This document shows, in pieces, positions 46,717-60,212 of a DNA stretch of 64,000 nucleotides. The notes below the pieces were generated by a model. It was not told the origin of the DNA. It ran no database searches and was given only the letters and a program-made list of their open reading frames with translations. The stretch is taken from positions 469,960,001-470,024,000 of the forward strand of contig NC_091287.1 in NCBI RefSeq assembly GCF_032444005.1, given 5' to 3'. Position 1 is the stretch's first letter. Each line of letters begins with the position of its first letter. This DNA comes from Ranitomeya imitator (Eukaryota). The translations under genes and the position numbers were made by a program.

Positions 46717-47645
46717 AGGTACCCGTCACACATAACGATATCGTTAACGATATCGTTGCTTTTTGTGACGTAGCAAGGATATCGTTAAGGAAATCGTTAT
46801 GTGTGACAGCGACCAACGATCAGGCCCCTGCTGGGAGATCGTTGGTCGCTGGGGAAAGTCCAGCACTTTATTCCGTCGCTGGACTTCCCGCTGACATCGC
46901 TGGATCGGCATGTGTGACGCCGATCCAGCGATGTCTTCACTGGTAACCAGGGTAAACATCGGGTTACTAAGCGCAGGGCCGTGCTTAGTAACCCGATGTT
47001 TACCCTGGTTACCAGCGTAAACGTTAAAAAAACAAACACTACATACTTACCTTCAGCTGTCTGTCCCCGGCGCTCTGCTTCTCTGCGCTCCTCCTGCATC
47101 CTGTGTCAGCGCCGGCCAGCCAGAAAGCAGAGCACCGGAGGACATACAGCTGAAGGTAAGTATGTAGTGTTTGTTTTTTTAACGTTTACGCTGGTAACCA
47201 GGGTAAACATCGGGTTACTTAGCGTGGCCCTGCGCTTAGTAACCCGATGTTTACCCTGGTTACCGGGGACCTCGGGATAGTTGGTCGTTGGAGAGCTGTC
47301 TGACAGCTCTCCAGCGACGCTGCAGCCATCGACATCGTTGTCGGTATCGCTGCAGCGTCGCTGAGTGTGAAGGTACCTTTAAGGCCCTGCGCTTAGTAAC
47401 CCGATGTTTACCCTGGTTATCAGTGAAGACATCGCTGGATCGGCGTCACACACGCCGATCCAGCGATGTCAGCGGGAGATCCAGCGACGAAATAAAGTTC
47501 TGGACTTTCCCCAGCGACCAACGATCTCCCAGCAGGGGCCTGATCGTTGGTTGCTGTCACACATAACGATTTCCTTAATGATATCCTTGCTACATCACAA
47601 AAAGCAACGATATCGTTAACGATATCGTTATGTGTGACGGTACCT
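46717..47645. mobile_element. Harbinger-like MITE composite (same family as 30241-30953)
   Basis: AGGTACC(C)GTCACAC ends, TAA flanks, internal extra terminus near 47370. Confidence 0.8.
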
Positions 47646-47810
47646 TAAGACTACTTATTGGAGCTCTATCTGTGCATGTCATACTCGAAGCGTCCGACAC
47701 CTATTATGTATTGCCTCACACATCACCAATCTCTCACATCTGTGCCACGTCTGGATTTCTCACAGCTTACACATAAACACATGATGTAATATTTCACTTC
47801 ACACGATATG

Positions 47811-48297
47811 CAGTCATGGCCGAAAGTGTTGGCGCCCTAGAAATTGTTCCAGAAAATGAAGTATTTCTCTGAGAAAAGTATTGCAATTGCACGCGTTTTG
47901 TTATACACGTTTACTTCCTTTGTATGTATTGAGCAGCACGAAAAAAAAAGAGAAGAAAAGGCAAATTGGATATAATCTCACACAAATCCTCACAAATGGG
48001 CCGGACAAAATTGTTGCCACCCTCAACTTCGTTTTGTTGAACACCATTTGGAATAAATAACTGCAATCAATCTCTTCCTATAAATATCATCAAGCTTCTT
48101 ACACCTCGCAACTAGAATTTTGGACCGCTCTTTTCCAAACTGCTCCAGGTCCACCATATTTGGAGGGCGCCTGCTCCCAACAGCAAGTTTAAGATCTCTC
48201 CACAGGTGTTCAATGGGATTTAGATCCGGACTCATTGCTGGTCACTTCAGAAAGCTCCAGTGTTTTGTTTCCATTCATTTCTCGGTGCTTCTCGAAG
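47811..48297 (-). mobile_element. Tc1 relic
   Basis: CAGTCATGGCCGAAAGTGTTGG terminus; SPDLNPIEHLW frame. Confidence 0.75.
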
Positions 48298-49059
48298 TAC
48301 AGGTGCATCTCACAAAATTAGAATATCATCAAAAAGTTAATTTATTTCAGTTCTTCAATACAAAAAGTGACACTCATATATTATATAGTCATTACAGAGT
48401 GATCTATTTCAAGTGTTTATTTCTGTTAATGTTGATGACTATGGCTTACAGCCAATGAAAACCCAAAAGTCATTATCTCAATAAATTAGAATACTTTATA
48501 ACACTAGCTTGAAAAAATTATTTTAAAATCCGAAATGTTGGCTTACTGAAATGTATGTTCAGTAAACGCACTCATTACTTGGTCGGTCGGGGCTCCTTTT
48601 GCATCAATTACAGCATCAATGCGGTGTGGCATGGAGGCGATCAGCCTGTGGCACTGCTGAGGTATTATGGAAGCCTAGGTTGCTTTGATAGCAGCCTTTA
48701 GCTCGTCTGTATTGTGGAGTCTGGTGTCTCTCATCTTCCTCTTGACAATAGCCCATAGATTCTCTATGGCAAGGGTGGGGAACCTCTGGCCCACGGAAAA
48801 GTTCCCAGAGTCCGCAATGCCAGGCCAGCAGCTGCATCCTGCCAGCCCTTTAACTCCAAGTGCACGGTACGCAGTGTTCGTTACAAAACGCTGCCTGCCC
48901 TGCACATGAATGATGTCATCGGGGTGGGTGGGGTTAGTTTTGGGGTGGGCAGAGTTAGCACCAAATGCTCTCCTTTCCCGGAAGAGGAGCTGCTGCCAGA
49001 GTCCAGAGCGATCTCAGTACTGGCAGCTATGTGTCTGTAATTGATCTGTACCTCTCAGC

Positions 49060-50130
49060 TATGTGCCCCCTGGGTTTCTGTGCCCCCCGCTATGTGCCCC
49101 AATATGATCTCTTTGCTCTCCCAACTATAAGCCCTCTGTAATCTCTGTGCCTCCCAGCTATGTGCCCTCCTGTGATCCCTGTGATTTCTGTGCCGCCCCA
49201 GTGATCTATGTTCTCCCTGTGATCTCTCTGCCCCCCCACAGCTATATGCCCCCTATGATCTCTGTACCACCCAGCTATGTGCCCCCCTGTGATCTGTGAC
49301 TCCTGTGATCTCTCTGCCCCTCCAGTTATATGCCCCGTGATCTCTGTTCCCCGTGATTTCTGTGCCCTCCAGCTATATGCCCCCTGTGATCTCTGTGCCC
49401 CCAGTTATGTGCATCCCTGTTCTCTCTGTGGCTCCCAGCTTTGTGCCCTCCGTGATCTATGTGCCCCCGTTATCCCTGTGCCCTCCTATGTACCCCCTAC
49501 GATATTTGTGCTCCCATGTGATCTGTGCCCCGTGATCTGTCCCCTCCAGCTATGTGCCCTCCTTTGATCTGTGTCCCCGTGATTTCTGTGCTCTCCAGCT
49601 ATATGCCCCGTGATTTCTGTGCCCTCCATCTATACGCCCCCCCGTGATCTCTGTGCCCCCCCAGCTATGTGCATCCCTGTGATCTGTGGCTCCCAGTTTT
49701 GCGCCCCCGTCATCCCTGTGCCGCCTGCTATGTACCCCTTGTGAGATTTGTGCTCCCATGTAATCTGTGCCCCGTGATCTCTGTCCCCTCCAGCTATGTG
49801 CCCCTCTGCGATCTCTGTGCCTCCCATCTATGTGCCCTCCTTTGATCTTTGTGTCCCCCCGTGATTTCTGTGCTCTCCAGCTATACGCCCCCCCTGTGAT
49901 CTCTGTGCCCCCCAGCTACGTGCATCTCTGTGATCTGTGGCTCCCAGCTTTGCGCCCCCGTGATCCTTGTGCCGCCTATGTACCCCCTGTGATATTTGTG
50001 CTCCCATGTGATCTGTGCCCCGTGATCTCTGTCCCCTCCAGCTTTGTGCCCCTCCGTGATCTCTGTGCCTCCCATCTATGTGCCCTCCTTTGATCTTTGT
50101 GCCCCCCTGTGATCTTCGTGCCACCTCTGG
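49060..50130. repeat. Degenerate pyrimidine-rich minisatellite
   Basis: Repeats of GTGATCTCTGTGCCCCCCAGCTATGTGCCC; boundaries approximate. Confidence 0.85.
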
Positions 50131-50215
50131 AAAAGCAGCTGTGAGAAGCAACATGATCAGCATCACCTAACATCACAGCTCCACCAAAGAGAAGCAGCTC
50201 CAGCCATCCCATTAA

Positions 50216-50591
50216 GGCCGGCTTCACACTTGCGAGTTTTACGGACGTAAGAGCGCAGAAACTACGTCCGTAAAACTCGCAAAAAATACGGCACAATTAC
50301 TCTCTATGCCCCTGCTCCTATCTGCCGTATTAAACTGATCAGTATTATACGGCTTTCTACGGCCGTAGAAAATCGCAGCATGCTGCGTTTGTCACCGTAT
50401 TGCGCAAATAAAACGCCAATGAAAGTCTATGGAAGCCCCAAAAATACGGATTACACACGGACCAGCAGTGTGACTTGCGAGGAATACGCAGCGGTGTTAG
50501 AGAGAAAAGCCGGCAATTCAGTGCGGTGTACAGTAAAATCACACTGACAGCTGACATTAGAATGGGTAGAATAAATATGTACACATAGAAT

Positions 50592-50627
<36 letters not shown>

Positions 50628-52835
50628 AAGTGAGACACATATATGTATATATATTCTTACTTCATACAGCCGCGATATAGCAAAAAGCCGGTAATTCAAT
50701 TACCGGCTTTTTCTTTCTCCTTCCTAAAACCCGACATGATTTGAGACATGGTTTACATACAGTAAACCATGTCTTCTCTCCATTTTTTTTGCAGATTCCA
50801 CACTACTAATGTCAGTAGTGTGTATCTGCAAAATTTGGCCGTTCTAGCTCTTAAAATAAAGGGTTAAATGGCGGAAAAAATTGGCGTGGGCTCCCGCGCA
50901 ATTTTCTCCGCCAGAGTAGTAAAGCCAGTGACTGAGGGCAGATATTAATAGCCTGGAGAGGGTCCATGGTTATTGGCCCCCCCCCTGGCTACAAATATCT
51001 GCCCCCAGCCACCCCAGAAAAGGCACATCTGGAAGATGCGCCTATTCTGGCACTTGGCCACTCTCTTCCCATTCCCGTGTAGCGGTGGGATATGGGGTAA
51101 TGAAGGGTTAATGCCACCTTGCTATTGTAAGGTGACATTAAGCCTAATTAATAATGGAGAGGCGTCAATTATGACACCTATCCATTATTAATCCAATTGT
51201 AGTAAAGGGTTAAATAAAACACAAACACATTATTTAAAATTATTTTAATGAAATAAAAACAATGGTTGTTGGAGTATTTTATTCTACGCCCAATCCAGTC
51301 ACTGAAGACCCTCGTTCTGTGAAAGAAAAAACATAATAAACCAACAATATCCATACCTTCCGCAGATCTGTAACATCCAACGGTGTAAATCCTTCTGAAG
51401 GGGTTAAAACATTTTGCAGCAAGGAGCTTTGCTAATGCAATGCTACTCCTCGCTGCAAAACCCCGGGGAATGAGTCTATATATAGATCAATGAGCTATAT
51501 TTAGCTTCATTTGCGGTGAGGCGCCCTCTGCTGGATGTTCATAGATCGTGGGAACTTTCCTAGAAAGCCTGGGAGCTTTCTAGGAAAGTTCCCACGATCT
51601 ATGAACATCCAGCAGAGGGCGCCTCACCGCAAATGAAGCTAAATATAGCTCATTGATCTACATTTAGACTCATTCCCCGGGGTTTTGCAGCAAGGAGCAG
51701 CCTGCATTAGCAAAGCTCCTTGCTGCAAAATGTTTTAACCCCTTCAGAAGGATTTACATCGTTGGACGTTACAGATCTGCGGAGGGTAAGTATATTGTTG
51801 GTTTATTATGTTTTTTCTTTCACAGAACGAGGGTCTTCAGTGACTGGATTGGGCGTAGAATAAAATACTCCAACAACCATTGTTTTTATTTCATTAAAAT
51901 AATTTTAAATAATGTGTTTGTGTTTTATTTAACCCTTTACTACAATTGGATTAATAATGGATAGGTGTCATAATTGACGCCTCTCCATTATTAATTAGGC
52001 TTAATGTCACCTTACAATAGCAAGGTGGCATTAACCCTTCATTACCCCATATCCCACCGCTACACGGGAATGGGAAGAGAGTGGCCAAGTGCCAGAATAG
52101 GCGCATCTTCCAGATGTGCCTTTTCTGGGGTGGCTGGGGGCAGATATTTGTAGCCAGGGGGGGGCCAATAACCATGGACCCTCTCCAGGCTATTAATATC
52201 TGCCCTCAGTCACTGGCTTTACTACTCTGGCGGAGAAAATTGCGCGGGAGCCCACGCCAATTTTTTCCGCCATTTAACGCTTTATTTTAAGAGCTAGAAC
52301 GGCCAAATTTTGGAGATACACTCTACTGACATTAGTAGTGTGGAATCTGCAAAAAAAATGGAGAGAAGACATGGTTTACTGTATGTAAACCATGTCTCAA
52401 ATCATGTCGGGTTTTAGGAAGGAGAAAGAAAAAGCCGGTAATTGAATTACCGGCTTTCAAGCTGTATAGCGCTGGAAAAAATATTAATATATATANNNNN
52501 NNNNNNNNNNNNNNNNNNNNNNNNNNNNNNNNNNNNNNNNNNNNNNNNNNNNNNNNNNNNNNNNNNNNNNNNNNNNNNNNNNNNNNNNNNNNNNNNNNNN
52601 NNNNNNNNNNNNNNNNNNNNNNNNNNNNNNATAGCGGTATGTTGGTTTTGCAAGCCTGCGAGAAAACCACGCAGTACGGATGCCATACGGATTACATACG
52701 GAGGATGCCATGCGCAAAAAACGCTGACACACCCTGCCTACGGAGGAGCTACGGACCACTATTTTCGGGACATTTCAGCGTATTACGGCCGTAATATACG
52801 GACCGTATTTTCATACGCTGAGTGTGAAGCCGGCC
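50216..52835. mobile_element. Harbinger-like foldback element with ~1.8-kb internal palindrome
   Basis: TIRs GGCCGGCTTCACACT, TAA TSD; arms ~50680-51568 and 51575-~52460. Confidence 0.85.
52496..52630. other. Assembly gap
   Basis: N run next to a (TA)n tract. Confidence 1.
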
Positions 52836-53298
52836 TAAGGGTGAGTTACCGTAATTGTTTGACTATATATACCTGGGTAATTTTCAAGGTGATCATTTTT
52901 ATGTGGCCCCTGGATGGTAGAAATTTCCAAATGGCCCCAGGCTAGAGAAAGGTTCCCCACCCCTGCTCTATGGGGTTAAGGTCAGGTGAGTTTGCTGGCC
53001 AATCAAGCACAGTGATACTGTTGTTTATAAACCAGGTATTGGGACTTTTGGCACTGTGGACAGGTGCCAAGTCCTGCTGGAGAAAGAAATTTCCAAAAAT
53101 CTTGTCGGCAGAGGGAAGCAAGAAGTGCTCTAATATTTCGTGGTAGACGGCTGTGCTGATGTTAGTCTTGATAAAACACAGTGGACCTACACCAGCAGAT
53201 GACATGGCTCCCCAAACCATCACCGATTGTGGAAACTTCACACTAGACCACAAGCAGCTTGGATTGTGGCCTCTCCACTCTTCCTCCAGGCTCTAGTA

Positions 53299-53484
53299 CA
53301 GTGTTTCTCAACTCCAGTCCTCAAGACCCCACAACAGGTCATGTTTTCAGGATTTCCTTAGTATTGCACAGGTGATAATTTCATCACCTGCTCAAGCATT
53401 AATTCCATCGCCTGTGCAATACTAAATAAATCCTGAAAACATGACCTGTTGTGGGGTCTTGAGGACTGGAGTTGAGAAACACTG
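53299..53484. mobile_element. hAT-type palindromic MITE
   Basis: TIRs CAGTGTTTCTCAACTCCAGTCC; TSD CTCTAGTA/CTCTAGAA. Confidence 0.85.
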
Positions 53485-56400
53485 CTCTAGAACCTTGATT
53501 TCCAAGGTCCGATTTCCAGACCATGGCTGAGACAATGGGTGGTGACTGGTAAAGAACATTGCCTGAGAATTTATTTCCAACCCCAACATACTTTGAATCA
53601 AAGGTGCATGTTCATAGGTGTATCAGGATTGATATGTATTGGCTAAATGACTTTCACCCACCAAATAAAAAGTGGGGAGAAGCCACATTCTGGGAGCAAG
53701 AGAACTTGTCCCACCCAACCAGATTCAGAGGAGATGGTTAATTTATTAAACTAATTTAGGAAGGCTTTGGTCATCTTTCTGAAAAGGCAAATGGAATTTT
53801 TATTTGAAATTGCTGTAATAATTCCAAATGATCTCAGATTAATTCTATTTGGTTTTAAGAACAAAGCTTAAAGGAAACCTGTTATGTCCCCGAATATTGC
53901 TAATCTGCAAGTTAATAGTGTTTCAATGATGACCGATCGCCTTGCAGAAAGCACAGCTACCAAGTGAAAATGACCTTCATTCCTCCAGTAAGCCACCACC
54001 TTTCAGTCAGAGGTGCACACCGTGTACGCTCGGCCCTCCAACACCTTTCTTTACAAAGATGCATTACAGCGTGCTATCAAAGTGTCGGGGCATGCTCACA
54101 GCGGCCACATCGTGTACTGAGCGGTGACTGTAGCCTCTCCGGCATGCCCCTGACTGAATGCCTACAAGCTCCCGCGAGGTCTAAAGTTCATTTTCTTCTG
54201 GTAGACCCACTTTCAGCAATGCAGCTAGACAGGATTGTAGTGCTATGTATTAGCCTTCAGCAATCCTATATCTGCAGATTAATTATTTGGGGACAAAGGT
54301 TCCCTTTAATTATGGCACTGTGATTACTTCTACAGCTCCATTTATCATTTTCCCGACTGCATAAAAAGTCATAAATCATAAGTAAGCTATATTTGGCCAT
54401 ACATATGCAATGATTAGCGCAAGGAGAATCACTGCTCAGTGTCTGTAAGACCAAAGTCACACTACATAGGCTCTGTATACGGATTGCTTAATAAGCATTC
54501 AGATACCCGGTATGAACCGGAGTAGAAAGTATATAAAGTGCATATGTGCTAGTTTGTCCTACCCTAAACTGTAGATATAGTGATAAATCCAATGACCTAA
54601 ATGGGTCACCTATCTGTGAATAGTATGGGTACCTTCGTACATTCACATTTCGTTCTCTTTTGGGGCTCATCAGGGGACCAAAACAGAAGCAAGCCATAGT
54701 GGGTAAACGGGCAGGTAGGACGTGCGATTCATCCCCGAGAGGTGCTGTCTAACATGAGCCCCAAATAGGAGCGAGAGCGAAACGCATTGGGTCACTTATC
54801 TGTCAATTGTATGGGTCCTTATGTACCATTTGGGTCATTGGATTTATCATTGTTAGGTCTACTGTTTAGGATAGGACAAATTGGCATATATGCACTTTAC
54901 ATACTTTTTACTCCGTTTTTTTAGTTTAGGGATATGCAGGGAATCTGAGGTACTCCCAACGTTGAGTGAGGGGCGCCATGTCAAATATTTATGGTGCCAT
55001 CCTCCACAGTCAGGTAGGCTTCCAGACAGATAGGGACCTATTAGGGCAAGCCTAGGATACATTATCATCTTATATACTTAAATCTCTTCCCTCGCCTGCA
55101 TTACCCACTGATTATTTGACATAAGGCGTCGATATATTTCAACTTACTTTTAAAAGTATCTACCATATTAAAAGTTACATTTTAGAGGGGAGTGGTTTTT
55201 GACATTCCTGTTTTTTTTCTTAAATGTGAACCCCATATCATTCATCAATATTTCGTTTTTTCTACATGACCAGTCTCCACTAGCATCACTGCAGCTGGCC
55301 ATACAGCGGCCAATGCATGAAAAATGTATGGCATGCTGGCCATTTAAACGCGGTTTGTTATCCCTTAGCTTTAGCACATAATCCAAATGGAGGCCTATCA
55401 ATTGTTTCGCTTTTTAGAAGTAAAATACAAATCCTCTCTTTGATAACTTGTAACAGCATTCAAATGGCTGTCTAAAACAGATCAACCTAAATTAGTGAAT
55501 TTTTAGGAAAAGGAGCATTTGCCTTGACTACATACAGGGGTATCCACAAGTAATGATCGAATCTTTTGAAATCTGAATTCCCTAGGTTCAAAAACTTAAT
55601 TTTGCTGTAACTTGCAATATTGCAATATCTCCAAATGCTCTGAACAGATGTGTGGCATTCTTACATCTTTTAGGGCTGTATCCAACCTTTTTCCGACTCT
55701 GATATTACTAAGGCTGTATTTGTGTTTTAAATGACCTCACCACAGAAACAAATGGTAGTAACCAAAAGCCCAGTGAATAACAGGGCATTGAAGATTGATT
55801 TTTATAGTTTAACGCTCACAGTTTTAGCAGGGATCTCACCGAGGTCACCGCAGTTCAGCCTGGCTGGGAACGGCAGCCTCAGTGACCAGAGGCAACCTAG
55901 ACGACGTCCCCGCCAGTCACTGAGGCTGCGCTCGCCGCAGTTCAGTGACCAGTGGTTGTCAGCCTTGACGGTCGCATCTTGGAACTGTCCAGGTTGAAAA
56001 CGATTTATCCCCCGGACATGGATTACAGTGTGGGACAGAAAGACGGAGAGGTGAGGGATAGTTATTTTTTATTTTAAGTTTTATTACAGGAGAACGAGGG
56101 TTTCAGTGGAATTAGGCGTTATACTCACCTAACTGTTTGATATTTTTAAATAAAATTGAAAAACAGTCTTTACTCTGGATGTGTGTTTATTTATTTACCA
56201 TTTAACTATAGGATTAGTAATGAAGAGGTTCTTATAGACAACTCTCCATTACTAAGCCGTGGGTGGACTTGATGTCACCTGACAACACAAAGTTGACATC
56301 AACCACACAAATATGAACCCTACTAGCCATCGCATACAGGGCAAGTGGGAAAATCCGGGCAAAACGCCGTTTTTTATTTAAATAATTAAAAAAATACGGT

Positions 56401-57373
56401 GCGGGAACCCCTCTATTCTTGATAACTAGCCTTGCTGAAGCCGACGGTTGCAACCCTCAGCTGTGAGTTTTGTCTGGCTGGTTACCAAAAATACAGGGGA
56501 ACCCACGACGTTTTTTTTTTTTATTATTTATTTACAGCGCAGGAGTCGGCTAATGAATACTCCCATCCGCCGCTCCTGCTCTTGCTGTTATTAGCGGCAG
56601 CAGATGTCGGACGATGGAAGCAGTAGTCCCATCAGCTGACACCAGTGACCGGAGGTAAACTTTATACCCCCGATCACAGCTGATCGATCACGCTGTGTTT
56701 TGATAGCATGGGAACCGCGGCTCTCTGACCAGCAGGGATGATTTCACCGCCGATCAGAAACGGTGTATGCCGTGCTGTCATGCACATGACATCGTGGCAA
56801 ACACTGGATGTTCGGGCCGCCCATTCAAGTTCGGGTACTGTTCTGGAACCAGAACTTTTGGTAACTGTTTGGCCGATGCTAGCACAAAAAAAGGATTCAA
56901 AGATCCTCCAAAAATTACAAAAAATAGCAAAAAAGGCAGAGATGCTCACCTGCCTAGGCCTCCGAACAAATGCATTATCAGGATGCAGTGGACCCAGTGG
57001 TTAAGATGGCGGTTACACAGGCGCAGAAATACCAATAAGGCAGCCACTCACAACCTACCAAATTAATGGAGAGGGTGGCTGCTTGGCATATGACTGCACA
57101 TTAGAGACTTGTATGTGGCGCTGTTCACACAATGTGGTGACTGTTCACATGGGATGCATCTTAATAGCGCTGGGCAGCCCGCCTAAGCTAATAGAAGGGC
57201 GTCACTAATAGGCTGTTAACCTGGATGCTGTGCATTCCCATTGTGTGAACAGCGCCACATTCAAGTCTCTAATGTGCAGTCATATGCCAAGCACCCCCCC
57301 CCTCCATTAATTTTGGTAGGTTGTGAGTGGCTGCCAAATTGGTATATCTGCACCTGTGTAACCGCCTTCTTAA

Positions 57374-57699
57374 AGGGAACCTGTCACCTGAATTTGGCGG
57401 GACCAGTTTTCGGTCATATGGGCAGAGTTTGGGTGTTTGATTCACCCTTTCCTTACCCGCTGGCTGCAGGCTGGCCGCAATATTGGATTGAAGTTCATTC
57501 TCTGTCCTCCGTAGTACACGCCTGCGCAAGGCAATCTTTCCTTGCGCAGGCATGTACTACGGAGGACATAGAATGAACTTCAATCCAATATTGCGGCCAG
57601 CATGCAGCCAGCGGGTAAGGAAAGGGTGAATCAAACACCCGAAAACCCTGCTCATATGATCGAAAACTGGTCCCGCCAAATTCAGGTGACAGGTTCCCT
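57374..57699. mobile_element. Kolobok/T2-like palindromic MITE inside an older foldback (~56935-57800)
   Basis: AGGGAACCTGTCACC TIRs, TTAA TSD. Confidence 0.85.
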
Positions 57700-59017
57700 T
57701 TAACCACTGGGTCCACTGCATCCTGATAATGCATTTGTTCGGAGGCCTAGGCAGGTAAGCATCTCGGCCTTTTTTGCTATTTTTTGTAACTGTACGGCCG
57801 AACCCAAACATCCAAGTGTCTGCCCATCTCTACTTAGCACTACTTATTCCTGCGAAGTCTTCATTAAAACTGGCATATGAAACGCCAGACTTAATTAACC
57901 AGGGCCTTAGTGTCCATTTTATTTAAAAAATACAAAAGAAATTTCCCCCGAAATCCAATTCTACCTTGACTTCACAAAAAAAAATTGCATGTCACAAATG
58001 ACTGTACGAGTATGTGTTTCCTTTTGCAAACACAGAAAGTAACAAATGCCAGATTTTTTATTAGTAAAAAAAACAAAAAAAAAACAAATAGACCTGGCTA
58101 TTTTTTCTGCTCTCTAGTGCACTATAAATGAAGAAAAAAAGAGAACTTCAACGACACCATATCACCGTTTGCTAATGCCGAGTCTGGCAACTCCCCTAAC
58201 GATTGAACCTCTGTATAAGGGCTCACTCACAATGGCGTATAATGCAGCCGAGTTCTGGCCGATGTTTTGTTGGATAGCACTTGGCCCACTTTTATACTAT
58301 GAAGCAGAGCAGATCTGGGATTATTTTCTCATGCAGATTCATCACAGCATGCTGCGAGTGCATCCGAAAATTGGATTACACACACATACAGTATATACAA
58401 GTCTATGGGTGTGTGTGAAACATAGGACTGTCTGATGTACATGCAGACGATGGAGAAATTAATTTCTCCATCTTCTCTGCACCCGTGCTGCGATCACATG
58501 CGAGAGAATCGGATCACACTCTGTGACAGTTTCATCCAAGCGTCATCTGAGTTTGAGCCGAGTGTCATTAGCATAATCAGCCCAAGTCTCTCTCATGAGA
58601 GACAATACGGCAGTGTGATCAAACCCTTAATCATAGACTACTACTTTCATCTTCACTGGTGCAGTTGTACAACATGTACTGTCTGGAATATTAATTTTAG
58701 GGCTCTGACACCTTAGCTTAGCTTTGACACCTTATTCACCATCCTAAAATGGCTGCTGCATTTCCTTCCTTGGCTTTTAAACAGGCTATGGTAATTGTAT
58801 ACACACACAGTGATACCTGCAGAGCTTTATTTTGAAGCACACATGGTGACATCAGTCTTTTGTGGTTGACACAATCTTCTGCAATGTGTAAGAAGGCAAC
58901 AGGCTTTTTTTGTCATTTTGTGCAAATTTAAATCACAAATTGTTTGAAGTCGAATTGTATGAAATTGTCAGGTCCTGGCGAATTCAATCGATTCACTCAT
59001 CTCTGATATCCATCTTA

Positions 59018-59437
59018 GGCTACTTTCACACTAGCGTCAGAATCTCCCTGTCGCAATGCGTCGGGCAGAGATTCCGACGCTAGCGTTTAACGCACTGCAC
59101 AACGGAGGCAGCGGATGCATTTCTCCGGCGCATCCGCTGCCCCATTGTGAGGTGCGGGGAGGTGGGGGCGGAGTTCCGGCCGCGCATGCGCGGTCGGAAA
59201 AAGCGGTCCGTCAGGAGCAAAAAACATTAAATGTAGCGTTTTTTGCTCCCGACGGTCTGCCAATGCACGACGCATCCGTCGCACAACGGATGCGACGTGT
59301 GGCAATCCGTCGCAATGCGTCGTCAATACAAGTCTATGGGGAAAAAACGCATCCTGCAAGCACTTTTGCAGGATGCGTTTTTTCTGCAAAACGACGCATT
59401 GTGACGGATTGCAGTTAACGCTAGTGTGAAAGTAGCC
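59018..59437. mobile_element. Harbinger-like MITE
   Basis: GGCTACTTTCACACTAGCGT TIRs, TTA TSD. Confidence 0.88.
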
Positions 59438-59711
59438 TTATGTGATATTTGATCTCTACAGGATGTTGAGTCCACTGACAGCAAACAATTGGAAATGCAT
59501 TCACCAATTACATTATACAAATTATAAAATAATACAAGTTAAACAGGGCCAGATCTTATGTAACCTGGAAAATGTGTAATGCAAATCCTGTTCATCTTCC
59601 TTCCAGTAGAAATACTGACTAAGTCAGAAGATTATGTGAGAAAAAACACATACAACAAAAACCAACAATTGCAGGCTGAAGCGAAAGAATACTCGCCATG
59701 GTTCTCACGCA

Positions 59712-59729
59712 TTTATTTCAGGTTTTATT
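59712..59729 (-). terminator. Candidate TPD52 poly(A) signals
   Basis: Two AATAAA hexamers on the minus strand ~370 nt after the stop; usage not shown. Confidence 0.3.
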
Positions 59730-60098
59730 AGTGTCTACACAGTAAATGCAGAATTCAGTGTGTAACAAAATCTTGGCAGTAGTAAAGGAGTAATGTAACA
59801 TGTTGCATAAAAATCCCTTCGTCAATCCCGCCCAAACATTTGGTTAACTCTTTTTTCCTATCACAAATATATATCGGTCACCTGCAGCGGCTTCTGTCCT
59901 TGGTTTAGCATTTGCCAGGTTCAGCTACTAAATGGCAACAGACTGCCCTGTGAGCAAGTGATGGATACACAAAAGACAAAAGGAAAAGCCAAAAAGGGCA
60001 AAGGAAACAAAACCTGTCGGAAAACACAGGGGGCGCTCTGGGTGTGCTTTCAATCATCCTGCAGCATCTTTCAGATGTGACCGGTTACAATGGCGAGC

Positions 60099-60212
60099 TC
60101 ACTGGTTTTCAAGGTCCTTCTCTGTGAGGTCATCTGTGGCACTGGCGTTGGCTGCGGAGGTCAACACTTCTCCAAAATCTCCGGCTGGTTGTTTGGTGCC
60201 ACTTACTTTTGA
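60099..60212 (-). CDS. TPD52: Tumor protein D52, last coding exon
   Basis: SKVSGTKQPAGDFGEVLTSAANASATDDLTEKDLENQ*, like the vertebrate TPD52 C-terminus; TTGCAG acceptor, phase 0. Confidence 0.9.
   Translation of the reverse strand, partial: SKVSGTKQPAGDFGEVLTSAANASATDDLTEKDLENQ

Larger units (their letters stand above)
48770..52965. mobile_element. Non-autonomous hAT-type element
   Basis: TIRs CAAGGGTGGGGAACCT / AGGTTCCCCACCCCTG; 8-bp TSD CTCTATGG. Confidence 0.88.
48300..53520 (-). mobile_element. Second Tc1 relic (48300-48769 + 52974-~53520) split by hAT insertions
   Basis: TA-CAGGTGCATCTCAC terminus; IENLWAIVKRKMR, then WPANSPDLNPIE and VMVWGAM on the far side of the hAT. Confidence 0.8.
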
